64,000 nt of DNA from Chiloscyllium plagiosum (taxonomy: Eukaryota), in the NCBI RefSeq assembly GCF_004010195.1, contig NC_057719.1:40934969-40998968 (forward strand). The letters run 5' to 3'. A program made the translations under genes and the position numbers. This document shows, piece by piece, positions 12,500-25,909 of this stretch. The notes beneath the pieces were generated by a model. It was not told where the DNA came from and searched no databases. It saw only the letters and a list, made by a program, of their open reading frames with translations. Numbering within the stretch: position 1 is the first letter of the stretch; each line of letters begins with the position of its first letter.

Positions 12500-13394
12500 G
12501 ATAGAGTTAATGGGTAGGATCGTCTAGGGGCCTAAACAATGTGGGCTATGGTAAAAGAAGTCAGAGAAGTCCAGAGAGGCCTATCTCGATGTCAGGAGCA
12601 ACCTACTGCTTCTTAAGCACATGGCATTGAGGTGAGTTTCTTACTAGGCAATGACGAGTTGCTAATTAAGGGGGAATATAGCTTGTTAAACATTTTATTA
12701 AAGACACATCTCGTCTCATTAATATTCAGCTTTCCATCTTATTAAGCATGTTAGACAAGCTAAAAGTTAGACTTTGAGAATCTCAGCATGGATGTCAAAG
12801 TGAATATCAGGCGACTTCAGCTCCCTGCTCCATGTTGGAAACCAGGTACCACTTTCTCAGCGCATGCCAGCTCATGCACTCAACATCCCTGGGCATTGGC
12901 ATCTGACATGATCTCCAATCCACTTGCTGTAGGCTTATGCACTTCGGGCAACTATCATTGTAATGCTGGAGCACAAACACTGTTTTCTCAAGAACACACA
13001 CCAAGCTGAGAGACTGGACCAGGCTGCATCGCTGGCCTGTTCACTAGCTGTCATAACGCACACTCACTCTGAGCAACTTGGATGCTCATATTGTCCCTGC
13101 CTTGCCTTGTTTTGTGTGCTTTGTCCCTCAGCCAGAGATATCAGACACACAGTACTACTATACAGTCAGACAAAATGCAAGGAAACTTGTCATGGTGGTG
13201 AGCAGGCCTCAGTAGTGTCAAGGGAGCTATCCTTTGCTCAGTGGATTCCATCACAGTAGGTCAAGTGCACCCTTTGATGGCAGGGAAGATGCAGCAAGTA
13301 ATAGTAAGAGTGTGAGAACATGAGCTTTGGTGAGAGGTGGGTAAAGCAGCAGAGATAAAGTGAGAGTCAGGTATTTGAGAGAAGATGGTAGCAG

Positions 13395-13590
13395 TCACCC
13401 TGGAGGAGTGGAGAAGGTCAGTAACCATCCCACATCACTTGGCATTCCTCTAGAAGGCTGCAACATCGGGTTCCAGCTGGGTCCAATGTTGTGACCCTCA
13501 TTTGGGCTTGGGACGAAGATGATGTCCCAGCTGTGCACCATCCCATCCAGCAGGACCTCCAGGTCCCTGCCCACAAAAAATTTTCCTAAT
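13395..13590 (-). pseudogene. Myb/SANT-like (Harbinger-associated) ORF relic
   Basis: FVGRDLEVLLDGMVHSWDIIF and, after a frameshift, MVTDLLHSSR followed by a gtga donor. Confidence 0.5.
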
Positions 13591-14519
13591 TGGCTAAGTC
13601 CAAGACAAATGTCAAGAAGCATACAGAGATGTAGCCATACAGTTCTGGGATATCCTGACAGTGAAAAATTGTTCTGGGATTGGCATGTGGTGAGCTGACA
13701 CTAGAATTGTATGAGAGAGGCGCTATAAGGGGTGTGATAGATATTTAATGATGCAAGTCTGATAAGGTACTGAGGGAAATGTCATGGCAGCTTAGCAAAG
13801 AAGAAACTCCAAAAAAACTGGACATAGCTGTTAAACAAAGTATAAATGTTTTGGCACTTATACAAAAAAAGTAGAATTCAGGGTCATAAGCGTTTATGGT
13901 TTAAAAGTTCTTTGTGCAATTTATTTCTATACTTGGCCAAACAGACATTGAAAGATTAAATTGAATGCAACAAATACTGAGGCAACAGTCACAGGGTCCT
14001 AGGGCAAAGTTCAATGGAGAGAAAAAAAAATCACACCAATATAGCAAAGATACATGGTTGATTTACAATAACAATGTGATGAGAATTCCATTGCCTTCAG
14101 CAAAGTTTGCTGTTGAATATTATAGTGCTCTCCCTCACCTTTTCCTTGGCTTGTGCTAGTCTTCCTGTTTTGAGAGCAAGATTATTGGCTATGAAAGAGA
14201 CAATACTTGAAAATGGCAGTGCCTCTGCTTTCCTGCTATCTTTCCTGTTCCTGTGGAGTCTAATATATATATTGTACATTTCCATTATCTGGAGTGTTTT
14301 GTTTATTCAGTGTGTATTTCCTGTTCCAACGAGCAAATGTCACATTACTTTGGGGGGAAAGGAGTATGCCTGTAACCTGTCTAGATATGGTCATGTTGTT
14401 TGGCTTTCAGACCATAGGCTGAGAGGTGTTGGAAGTGTGGAGATATTGAAGGCCATTTTAATCTGCATGGCTACGTACCCTGCTACACAGAAATGTTGAA
14501 TATTGGGTCACGGTCAGAA

Positions 14520-16375
14520 TATCTAGAACAGAGTGAATATTTATAAACTACGGCAAATGGGGTTCAGGTGAATCCAAAGAGATTCCACAAATACATTAAG
14601 GACAAAAGAGTAACTGGGGCAAGAGGTTTTTTTTTTGTCCCCTTAAAGATATATAAAGCCATCTACGTGTGGAACCACAGGAGATGGGTAAGATAGTAAA
14701 CAAGTATTTCAGTTCTGTTATTACCATGGAGAAGGATATGGAAGATGGAGAATTCAGAGAAATAAATTGTGATATCCTAAAAAGTATTTAGATTACACAG
14801 GAGGATGTGCTGGACGTCTTAAAATGCACAAAGTTGGATAAATCTCCAGGACCTGATCAGGTGTACTCCAGAACTTTGTGGGAAGCTAGGGAAGTGATTG
14901 CTGAGCCCCTTGTTGAGATATTTATATAATTGATAGCCACAGGTGAGGTGCTAGAAGACTGGGGGTTGGCTAATGTGGTGCCATTATTTAAGGAAGGTGA
15001 TAAGAAAATGTCAGGGAACTATACACCGGTGAGTCAGTGGTGGGGATTCTGAAGGACTGAATTTTCATGTGATTGGAAAGGCACGGACAGATTAGGCACA
15101 GTCAACATGGCTTCATGCTTGGGAAAGCATGTTTCATTAATTTTTTGAAGATGTTGCAAAGTAGATTGATGAAGGCAGAGCAGTGGATATTGTCTATATA
15201 GATGTCAGCAAAGCATCAACAAGGTTCATCATGATAGAATAATTAGCTATGGAATCCAGCAGAGCCAGCCATTTGAATAAAAGAATTGGCTTGAAGGTGG
15301 GAAACAGAGGGTGCTGTGGAGGGTTGTTGTTTGGACTGGAAGCCTGTGGCTAGTAGGTTGCCACAAGGATCAGTGCCTGAGTCCACTGCTTTTTGTCAAT
15401 TATATAAATGATTTGGATGTGAACCTTGGACATATGGTTAGTAACTTTGCAGATGACAAAGTGTAGTGGACAAAGTGTAGTGATGTAGTGGACAGTGAAG
15501 AAGGCTACCTCAAAGTTCAATGGGACCTTGATCAGATGGGCAAATGGGCCGATAGGCTGAGGAATGACAGATGGAGTTTAATTTAGATAAATGTGAAGTG
15601 CTGCATTTTGGAAAGGCAAATCAGGGCAGGACTTATACATTAACTGGTAGGTCCTGAGGAGTGTTGCTGAACAAAGTGACCTTGGGGTGCAGTTCATAGT
15701 TCTTTAAAAGTGGAATCGCAGGTAAATAGGATAGTGAACATGGCGTTCGAAACACTTGCTTTTATTGGTCAGTGCATTAAGTATGGGAGTTATGATGTCA
15801 TGTTGTGGCTGTACAGGACATTGGTTAGACCACTTTTGGAATACTGCATGCAATTCTGGTCTCTCTCCTAACGGAAGTTGTGAAACTTGAAAGGGTTCAG
15901 AAAAGGATGTTGCTGGGTTGGAGGGTTTGAGCAATCGGGATAGGCTGTGAATAGGCTGTAATTGTTTTCCCAGGAGTGTCAGAGCCTGAGGAGTTATGTT
16001 GTAGAAATTTATAAAATCTTGAGAGGCATAGATAGAGTGAATAGCCAAGGTCATTTTCCCAGGATAGGGAAGTGTAATACTGGAGGGCATAGGTTTAAGG
16101 TGAGAGGGGAAAGATTTAAAAGGGACCATAGAGGCAACTTTTTTACACAGAGGATGGTGCATGTATGGAATGAGCTGCCAGAAGAAGTGGTGGAGGTTGG
16201 TACAATTACAACCTTGAAAGACATCAGGATGGGTGCATGAATAGGAAGGATTTAGAGGGATATGGGCCAAATGCTGGCAAATAGGACTAGATTAATTTAG
16301 GATATCTGGTTGGCATGGTCGAGTTGGACTGAAGGGTCTGTTTCTATGCTATATAACTCTATGACTCTATGACTA
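14520..16375 (+). mobile_element. CR1 LINE (RT to 3' tail), degenerate
   Basis: DKSPGPD, ANVVPLFK, PQGSV, FADD and FFTQRMVHVWNELP; tail ctctatgactctatgact. Confidence 0.92.
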
Positions 16376-17340
16376 AGAAATTTGAAATGCTATCTTAATG
16401 TTGCCGCCTCTTCTACACATAATAACTTTGGTGATTAAACCAAATGCACATCTTACTGTACCTCATAGATGTTTACATGACCTTAATGTGTCATGTTGAA
16501 TCGTAACTCATTGCATCTCTATTAATTAACTTTTCTAATTGATTATATCATTTGTCATTGATTATATACATGGTAATTGACTGAACAGGAATGGTTATGT
16601 AAAAGCAATTACCAGCAGCAACCTTGTCAGGGAGATCAGAGAAGATAAATCACTGTAGCTTTATTCATTTGATGAAGTTGCAGTTCTAAAATTGCTCACA
16701 TTGTGTGATTCTTTTGCCCCCTTTTTTAATTTTATGTACAGCAAACTGGCATTGTAGAAATGGCCAGAAATCCTTGTGGCTTGTATAATTAGCTAAAGCA
16801 TGACTAATTAAACTGGACTAATTGGATTGCTCTCTCATATAAGCCCACACAAACATAATAGCCTGAAGAACATTTCTTCTTACTGTGAGGTTCAGTGATC
16901 CTATTGCACCTTACCAAATAATTCCAAAATATTGAAAAATACTTCAGATTTGATGAGTTAGATTAAAATCCAGTTACTGTTTTCATGTGAAAGAATGTGT
17001 CATTCGTTTTCCACTCAACAAGATTCCACAGAAAGTGATTATATGAATTACAAGGTTTTTTTGTTTTTGGTACTGATGTGTGAGGAATGTCTGTTGAGTA
17101 GGTTTCTCGGGGAACTTGCTGATCTTTATTTGAAAAGTGGCACAAGATCTTTAACTGAAGGCATAAAAATGGTTGCATAGGTGTTGTTAGTTTAGGTAAT
17201 AATTATATAGTAGATGCACAGAAAGAAGAGGAATTAGTGCTTTGGAAGGTTCAAGTATACCTGAGGTGCAAAGATGAGAAAACCAAGATTTTAATATTCC
17301 AGCTGTTAGAAGCTCTGGCCAGAATGTCACAAAATGCACA

Positions 17341-18144
17341 GATCAACAGTAACTGACATATCTGGCAATATTTGGGGGAAAAAGGTAACTGTGTAAAAGA
17401 CTTTTCAAGTTCTATGGGGTAGATTTCAAACACATTATTCCATTATAATATCAATTGGCCATTATAAAACTGGCCAATTTTCTGTTCCATTTCTAGACTT
17501 TAATTAGGCTTTTATTATGGCATTGACCTCCAGCACTAAGCCTCAAAGCTACCCTGAAAATTTTCAGGATGAATTAGAGGACAACAGGTGCATTTCTGCC
17601 AGCAATCTGTCTTGTGCTTCTGCAAACTTTAGTCTTGTTCTGTTTTTAGGAGAGGTGGCAGAGGCTGAATCAGATAAGAAAACCAACCTAGTGTCCTCCT
17701 GTAATTACTTCTGTAATTCATAGCACAGTTATCTCCATTCTCAGGGACTCCAGACCATTTTCTGGGTCATACTCACCAACGGATTTGAGGAGATCTTTAC
17801 AGCTTACTTGAATCTCCTTCCAACTGTCACACTCATACCAGATTCCAACTGAGGGGTATGATCTCCCAGCATGGTGAACCCTGACTGCATACCTGCTTGT
17901 ACAGGGACATCAAGATGGTGAACTCTGGAAGCTATAACTAGAAACTGGTGGAATGGCCAAAGAATATCAGAAATTACAGAAATGGAACAGAAAATTGACC
18001 AGTTTTATAATGGCCAACTGATCTATTGAATTGGTATTACAATGGAATAATGTGTTTGAAATCTATCCCCTAGAACTTGAAAAACCTTTTACACAGTTAT
18101 CTTTTTTTCCCAATTATTGCCAGATATGTCTGTTACTGTTGATC
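17341..18144. repeat. Long inverted repeat: arms 17341-17494 and 17978-18144, spacer 483 nt
   Basis: The arms are reverse complements with scattered substitutions and one indel of about 13 nt. Confidence 0.9.
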
Positions 18145-19529
18145 CTTTGTAAGATTTGGAGACTGCATGTACCAAACTCTAACTCTGAACCAGACCTGTC
18201 CTTTTATAAATGTAAAGTTTGTTTTGTTAACCTGGATTTTCTATTTAATTTGTTTTAATTATCTGATATTAGGTTGGAGCATTGGAATAAACCTTTAAAA
18301 ATTCAGGGTAATTCCTACAACCCACAAACCTCCAGGGAGGGGTATAAATGTTTATAGAGCTTCCTCTCACCCAACTCCACTCGAGCTTTCCTAAAGCAAC
18401 ATGGAAAACCCCAACAGAACAGGAAAAACCTTGCTTACACTGTCACCTGGATTTTCTATGATTTCAGTTAGGAAGCAAGGAGACTCCTAGTACTTTGCCC
18501 TATCCTTCTTAAAAAATATAAATTACAATTGCACTGCAAGAATAATTTTTTGGTGAATTCCAGGGGACATAATTATTAAGGAAGGAAAAGTACAAAAAAC
18601 ATATAAATGAATTCTAAGTGTGCTTCTATCTTCAAGAGCTGATCTGAATAGTAAAACAAGAAATGAGGGCTGTGTTGACAGGTTTGATTTATCTGTGAAG
18701 GCATGATCAAAAAATAAGATAGTACTCGAGGCTCATATTTGCCTTTAAAAGGAAGGACATTCGGAGGCTTTTGTGCAAAATAATAGAATGCATTTAAAAG
18801 ATCTGAGCATTTGCATGACTTCCATACTTGACATATTTGACGGTGATGTGTGCGCAAGGAAATTGTAATGTTCATTTTTGTTGTGCAATTACCTAAACAT
18901 TCTTCTGATCTATTTCAAATGTGTCATGTCATGTATGCCTGCTTGAATATGCTTAACTCTTTTTAGTGTTGGAGTGTTTCTTCAAAGTAAATGCAGATTG
19001 GAGTAAGTTAGGTTATATGTATTCCTCTTTTGTGGAACTAATGTGGCTCCTGGAATGTATATATACTTGTACTTGATGTTACATATGGACAAACGGAAAG
19101 TGATGGGCAGACGATAGACGAGCAATTGCTGTACATTATGATGCTTGAAGCATCAAGACCAAACCCTTTCTTCCTCTGCCCCTGCATTCCCCACACCCTG
19201 CTGTCATGTAATCTCCCAGGGGGCATAAGATATATTGGGGGCCAATAATGAGAATTCCTTTCATAAGCCCATCAGTTCTGGAGATCGTTTGGAATAAGTG
19301 TTATCAATAATGCCAGTTACTGTCTATAAGGTGTGATCTATGTTCCAGTTAGGAATTGACTTGGTTCCTTCTTAAAGGTTTGTAGAGAGTAGGCAACCAG
19401 CAATGTTGCATACACATCGTATCAAACATTTATTACCAATGGCTATTGAACTTTACATTTGAATTTTTACAATATACAATTTCTGGTGTCCTGTAAGAAA
19501 TTCTCCATGGATCTTTCTTCGGAAGGCAA

Positions 19530-19890
19530 ACAAAAAAGTTTTGCATTTATAAATCACCTCTCACAATATCTGGACATCCAAAATCATATATAATGTCGCA
19601 TTTTGAAGTGCACATGTAGGAAACATAGAAATCAATTTACAATAAGAAAGGTCCCAAAGTTATGGGATAACCTATAACAGATAATCTGTTTTAGTGATAC
19701 ACATTGACTAGGACACTGGGGAACATTCCCAAGCTGTTATTCAATAGTGTCATGGGATTATTTATATTCACCTGAGAGGTCAGATGTTGACTTTGGTTTA
19801 ACATCTCATTTGACAGTGCAGCACTCCCTCAGAGCTTCACACATCTGAATCAGAGATATGAGTGCTGTGTTTGAGCCAAGCTGACATTGA
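19530..19890 (-). mobile_element. Deu-domain SINE (SacSINE1/AmnSINE1-like), degenerate
   Basis: ggacactgggga...catgggat...cacctgagagg...ggtttaacatctcat...gacagtgcagcactccctcag matches the reverse complement of the Deu core as I recall it. Confidence 0.6.
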
Positions 19891-20599
19891 CTTGATTAAA
19901 TTTCTTGTAACCCAGTGCCATATGTCAGCAAGTTGGAGTAGTTCTGAGTTGTTGAAATTAGCTCCATACCAGGCCAGATGATGTGATTCCAGTGCTTTTG
20001 GCAGTCAAGCTCTTCAAACAAAAATGTTTTCTAGATTGCTCTGTCACAGACAGATTCAAAACACAGTTTGATAAGATGATGTTAATGAATTGATTGTATA
20101 GACTTTTTAAAACTGAGCAACACTTTTAGTTAGAATAACAAACAATGGCAGTTCGAAATTAGTGTTTGTGGGTTAAGTCGTTACGTTTGATCAGATCAAT
20201 CACAGATAACAACATCTCTGAAAATGTCCTTATATTATTCCATCCATAATCTCTTCCATATCACAACCTATCTCCACCTGTACACATTCCTGAAGAAAGC
20301 TACAACCAACTCACAACTGCATTTTCAAAGTCTTTGCCGTGCTGTTCACAGCAACATTTCTGTATTCGTTTTTTTTTAATCGCAGACTCATTCCATCTTT
20401 AATACCCGAGTCCCCGATGAAACCATTAGATTCTCCTTCTGTTTCTCTCTGTCTATGTCTGGCTGTTCCCTTTAATGTGGTCTTTTTAGACACTCTCTTC
20501 AGTTCAAGAGATGCAGATTAAAATGGATATGGGGAATAACTAGTTTTGTCATTCACCACCAATTCATCTGAGTCACATAGAAGGGGGGGGGGGGGCAGT

Positions 20600-20639
20600 A
20601 AAATCGACGTTTCAGGCAAAAGCCCTTCATCAGGAATTC
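20600..20639 (-). ncRNA. Minimal hammerhead ribozyme motif
   Basis: Minus strand reads gaattc-CTGATGA-A-GGGC tttt GCCT-GAAA-C-GTC-gatttt (canonical GUC triplet). Confidence 0.68.
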
Positions 20640-20673
20640 CTGATGAAAGGCTTTTGCCCGAAACGTTGATTTT
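20634..20673 (+). ncRNA. Hammerhead ribozyme motif, mildly degenerate
   Basis: CTGATGA(20640-20646)-A-AGGC tttt GCCC-GAAA-C-GTT. The first stem II pair is mismatched. Confidence 0.5.
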
Positions 20674-20779
20674 ACTGCTCCTCGGATGCTGCCTGAACGG
20701 CTGTGCTTTTCCAGCACTACTCTAATCTAGACTCTGGTTTCCAGCATCTGCAGTCATTGTTTTTACCTCACATAAAAGA

Positions 20780-21697
20780 GGACCATGTGTAGTGAGTCTA
20801 AGTTTGCAGATGACACTAAGATGAGTGGCAGAGCAAAGCGTGCAGAGGACTGTGAAATGACACAGAGGAACATAGATACTTTGAGTGAGTGCGCAAATAT
20901 CTGGCAGATGGAATACAATGTTAATAAATGTGAAATCATCCATTTTAGTAGGAGTAACAGTAAAAAGGATTATTATTTGATTGGTGAAAAGTTGCAGCAT
21001 GCTGTTAGGCAGAGGGACTTGGGTGTCCTTGTGCACAAATCACAGAAGGTGGGTCTGCATGTACAACAAGTAATTAGGAAGGTAAATGGAATTTTGTCCT
21101 TCATTGATAAATGTATTGAGTTTAAAAGCAGGGAGGTTATGTTGCAGGGAGGTATAGGGTGCTGGTGAGGCCACATCTGGAGTATTGCATGCAGATTTGG
21201 TTGCCTTACTTGAGAAAGGATGTACTGGCACGAGAGGGGGTGCAGAGGAAGTTGACTCTGGAGTTGAGAGGGTTGGCTTATGAGGAGAGACTGAGCAGAC
21301 TGGGATTATATTCATTGAAATTCAGAAGAATGAGGTAGTAAGATAATAGACAATAGGTAGTAGAGAGGATGTTTCCACTGGTAGGTGAAACTAGGACAAG
21401 AAGGTATAGCCTCAAAATTAGAGGGAGCAGATTTAGGACTGAATTGAGAAGGAACTTTTTCACCCAGAGGGTTGTAAATCTGTGGAATTTCTTGTCTAGT
21501 GAAGTAGTTGCTGCTAATTCAGTAAACGCTTTTAAAGTTAAGATTTGTTTTGAACAATAAAAGAATTAAGGGATGCGGTGAGAGGGTGGTAAGTGGAGCT
21601 GAGGCCACAAAAAGATCAGCCATTATCTTATTGAATGGTAGAGCAGGCTCGAAGGGCCAGACAGCTTACTCCTGCTCCTAGTTCTTATGTTCTTATA
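20780..21697 (+). mobile_element. CR1 LINE 3' part
   Basis: SKFADDTKM, WQMEYNVNKCE and NFFTQRVVNLWN; tcttatgttcttat tail. Confidence 0.92.
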
Positions 21698-22026
21698 ATT
21701 GTGTACCACAATTCCTATGATCATTCAGGGGGTATCTAAATGGTGGACAGGCTTCAGTGAGGCAGGAGATGAGTTGCTAGACGTAGAATTCTGTCTTATT
21801 GCTTGTTACCCTCATTATTTGAAAGTTATCAGCCTCTCCACTGCTTTGGGGGTAATAGTATCGATGTGACTGGTTCAGTTAAGTTTCTGGTCAATGGTAA
21901 TCTTTAAAACATTAATAAGGGGAAATTCAGCAATTAAAATACTACTGAATTTCATCAGTTAATAGTTAGGTTCCCCGTTGTTGGATATAGCCATTGCCTG
22001 GCAATTGTGTAGTACAGATATTGCTT

Positions 22027-22335
22027 GATTAGATTAGATTCCCGACAGTGTGTAAACAGGCCCTTTGGCCCAACAAGTCCACACCGACTCTCCGAAGAGT
22101 AACCCACCCAGTCCCATTTCCCTCTGACTAATGCACCTATCACTATGAGCTATTTAGCATGACCAATTCACCTGACCTGCACATCTTTGGACTGTGGGAG
22201 GAAACCGGAGCAAACCCACGCACACACGAGGAGAATGTGCAAACTCCACACAAACAGTCACCCAAGGTTGGAATCGAACCTGGGACCCTGGTGCTGTGAG
22301 GCAGCAGTGCTAACCACTGAGCAACCGTGCCACCC
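22027..22335 (-). mobile_element. HE1-like tRNA-derived V-SINE
   Basis: Minus-strand tRNA-like head with B box GGTTCGATTCC, V-domain and (TCTAA)n tail; sits inside an older degenerate LINE. Confidence 0.88.
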
Positions 22336-22589
22336 TACTTGTTACTTCTCAGTTCAAGCCCAACGTTAAAAAGGGGATTTGCAAGTGGTTTGAACCATGT
22401 AATCCGTCGTGAATCTCCTGCCTTTTAACCTGATGATAGATTGAAAGCTATTTATGTATCAGCTAAAGAAGGTTTGGCCTCGGCCATTCCCCTTCAGAGG
22501 ACCAAAGTAGCAAAAGCCTGGGGCTGAAATGCTTGACTTCCAGTGACCACAACTATCTACATTTTTTGCCAAGAATTCAAGAAGAAATT

Positions 22590-22735
22590 AGTAATTCTTA
22601 TGGCTAAAGGGATCAAAGGGAATGGGGAGAAAGTGAGAATAGGATACTGATTTGGATGATGAGCCATGATCATATTGAATGGCAGAGTGGACTGGAAGAG
22701 CTGAATGGCCCATTCCAGCTCTTATTTTCTATGTT
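22590..22735 (+). mobile_element. CR1 3' tail fragment
   Basis: gccatgatcatattgaatggcagag...gctgaatggcc...tttctatgtttc. Confidence 0.75.
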
Positions 22736-23519
22736 TCCAACCCATTGAGAGATTTCCCTCTGATTCCCATGGATTTAAATTTTGCTCAGGCTCCTGGATC
22801 CACACTTGGCCACGTGCTGCCTAGATGTCAAGGACAGGCATTTTCACCATACCAATGGAATGCAGCTGCCTTATGCAGGTTTAAATCAAAGCTGTAGCCT
22901 GGATAGCTGTGTTGGAACCCAAGCTGAGCATCAGTAAGCAGATTTTGGTGAAAGGGTGTAATTTGTTAGCACTGTCATTTAACATTTGAACAATCTTCCA
23001 CAATGCCAGTAGAAACTGGAGATGTAGTTATACTGGTACAGTTTGGCCAAGGACACAGCTAGTTCTGGGGCACTCTTTAGTGCCACAGTTAGGATATATT
23101 CAGGGTCTATAAGCATTGTTGCATCAAGTGTTTCTTGATATTATGTGGAGTGAATCAAACTGGCTGAAGATTGGTATCTGTGATGTTGGGAACTTGTGAA
23201 GGAGGTCAAGATGGATGATCCACTAGGCATTCTTGCTGAAGATGGATGCAAATGCTTCAGCTTTTTCTTTTGCACTGATGTACAGGGTCATTCCATCTAT
23301 GTTTGTGGATTCTCCTCCTGCATTATTTGTTCAATTGCCCACCACCATTCATCGGTGTATATAGCATGCAGGGAACTTTAATCTGATTCTACGATGGTGG
23401 AGTCACATAGGTCTGTATGTTGCATTCTATGTCCTCTCTCTAGCTTGCATATACACCACTGTTAGAACTTCAGTAGGTTTGGACCTCATCTCTGGGCATG
23501 CACAATGTTGTTCTCATTT

Positions 23520-24030
23520 TGAGTCATAGAGTCATGCAGCATGAAAATAGACCTTTTGACCCAACCAGTCCATACTGACTGTAATCCCAAACTAACCTAG
23601 TCCCACTTGCCTGTGCTTGGCCCATATCCCTCCTTATTCAAATGTATTTCAAGTGTTGTAACTTTACCTGCCTCCACCACTTCCCTTAGAAATTCATTCA
23701 CCACACACAAACCACTCTCTGTGTAAAAAAGGTTGCCGCATATGCCTTTTTAAAATCTTTCTCCTCTCATCTTAAGAATATGCCCTCTAGTCTTGAAAGC
23801 CCCCCTCATAGGGAAATGACACCTGCCATTCACCTTATCTATATACCGCTCATGATTTAAAAAAAAACCCTATAAGGCTATCCCTCAACCTTCCATGCTC
23901 CAGGGAGACAAGTTCCAGCCTCACCCTATGACTCAAACCTTCCATTTCCAGCAACATCCTGGCAATCTTTTCTGAACGTTCTCAAGCTTGATAATAACCT
24001 TCATATAACAGGGTGACAAAAACTGCTCAC
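23520..24030 (-). mobile_element. CR1 LINE 3' fragment
   Basis: gagtcatagagtcat tail; minus-strand KLENVQKR and FFTQRVV-type coding remnants. Confidence 0.85.
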
Positions 24031-24229
24031 TAATCCAAGATCTTCCTACAGTATTAAGATGTTTTGCCTTCATTCTTCTATGGAAAACCATCTTCTGAAG
24101 CTCTTCTCCCTTTTCCTTTACCCAAAGTTCCTTTGCTTCTTTAACTTTTTTATCTTCCACTAGCCCACTGGATCAAACTCCTTCTAAAATTTCCGCTACC
24201 CTAGCCCTGATTTTACACCATTCTCTACT

Positions 24230-25400
24230 TTCTCTCCTATCTCCCATCATGTCCTCTACTGATCATTTTGGCCATAAAAAATGCTTATCTATTTAGATAA
24301 CCAGACTATCATTTGCAATTACTCCTTTTCCCTCTCTAGCACCATTTCTTCTGGTCCTCAAGGATCTACCTGTGCCTCCTCCTATTTCTCATTATATACT
24401 GCCTCTCAGTGACATAATCTAAAACAGAGCATTTTCACATGTACGCTGACAACACCCAGTTCTAACTCACCACCACCTTTCTTGACTCTTCTACTGTTAT
24501 TAAATGTCACTCTTATTATTCCATATGCAGTACTGGATGAGCAGAAATTACCTCCATGTTCAGAAGACAAAAGCTACTTTCTTCAGTTTCTACTACTAAC
24601 GCTACTCCCTATCAATACAACTATCCCTCTCTCTGGCATATGTCTAAATTTAAACTGGACTGTTTGCAATCTTGATATCATATTTGACCCACATTGAGAT
24701 TTCAACTATCATGCTATTACTAATGCAATCTATTTCCATTTGTAAAACATGATTCAACTCTGCTCCACATCACTTCATCTGTTGTTGAAACATCCATATC
24801 TATGCTACCCCTAGATTTGACAATCTAATATACATGGAGCCAGCCTCCAAATTTTTACGCTTTGTATACTTGAGATTATTCACAGTTCTGCTACCCAGAT
24901 ACTGACTCACACCAAGTCCCATTCACCTATTTCCCCTGTGATTTTTACACTCGTGATGGAGAGGGATAAGTGTGTACTACTTTAGGTGGGCTTGGATCGG
25001 CGCAACATCGAGGGCCCAAGGGCCTGTACTGCGCTGTATTCTTCTATGTTCTATGTTCTATCATTGATCTACATTGGCTTCCATTCAAGCAAAGCCTCAA
25101 ATTTTTATTACTGTTTTTTCAGTCCCTCTATCTTTGTAATCTCCTCCAGCCCCGCAAAGTTCCAAGCTACCTGAGTTCATCTAATTCCAGCCTCTTGAAC
25201 AGCTCCAATTATTGTTTCTCCACTGGTGGCCATGCTTTCAGTTGCCTAAGTTCTAAGCTCTGGAATAACCTTTCTAAACCTCTTCGCCTCCTCACCACTT
25301 TTTCTTCCTTTAAGACACTACATAAAACCTACCTTTTCACCAAGTTTTTAACCATTTGTCCTAATACCTTCTTATGCAACTCGCTAACAAATTCTTTTTC
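24230..25400 (+). mobile_element. L2-clade LINE RT/3' relic, with a CR1-type tail inserted at about 24940-25040
   Basis: PQGS..LLFL, HMYADNTQF, LHWLP, GGHAFS..KLWNNL..FKTLHKTYLF motifs. Confidence 0.8.
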
Positions 25401-25909
25401 ATAATGCTCCTATGATGTTGCAACAGTTGATTCCGTGAAACCATTCTGCGTAATTACGTGTTGCCATTGCAAATCTCAGTGGAAAGGGCAAAGGAGTAGG
25501 AATGATTGGTCAGCTTTTTAAAAAAGGCACATTGAGAATAATGGCCTTTAAATTGCCTGATTCTATAACGTATTAAATGCTTTATATATCAATATTATTG
25601 AAATGATTCATCGGACGAGCATTCAGATGTGTTAAGGTTTCAATAACCAAGTATGAATTACATTTGAATAGATTTATGTGGTCCCATAAAATTTGACTTT
25701 GTTGTGGAGAAAGTGCAATCATAGTTTTAGTCGTCAAGGTGAAATGGTTCCATTCATGTTCAGAGACTTGTGCAGTCAGAAATAAACTTTTATCATTAAC
25801 ATTTTGTGATTTTATTGAAAGGTAGCTCTCTTCTAAGTGTGGCAGGGGAAAAGGAAATCTCACAAGAAGTCCGATTCAATAAACAATGGGGCTGAATGTT
25901 TTATTTTAG

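Larger units (their letters stand above)
20596..20768. mobile_element. Penelope-like family B palindromic mini-insertion with two divergent hammerhead motifs
   Basis: Palindrome centred on ggaattcc (20633-20640). Probable TSD tcacata(g/a)aag at 20573-20583 and 20768-20778. A poly-G run lies at the left junction. Confidence 0.82.

Noticed and set aside
15704..16270. 188-aa minus-strand ORF (likewise 47871-48401 on +)
   Set aside because: Antisense frames of CR1 ORF2.
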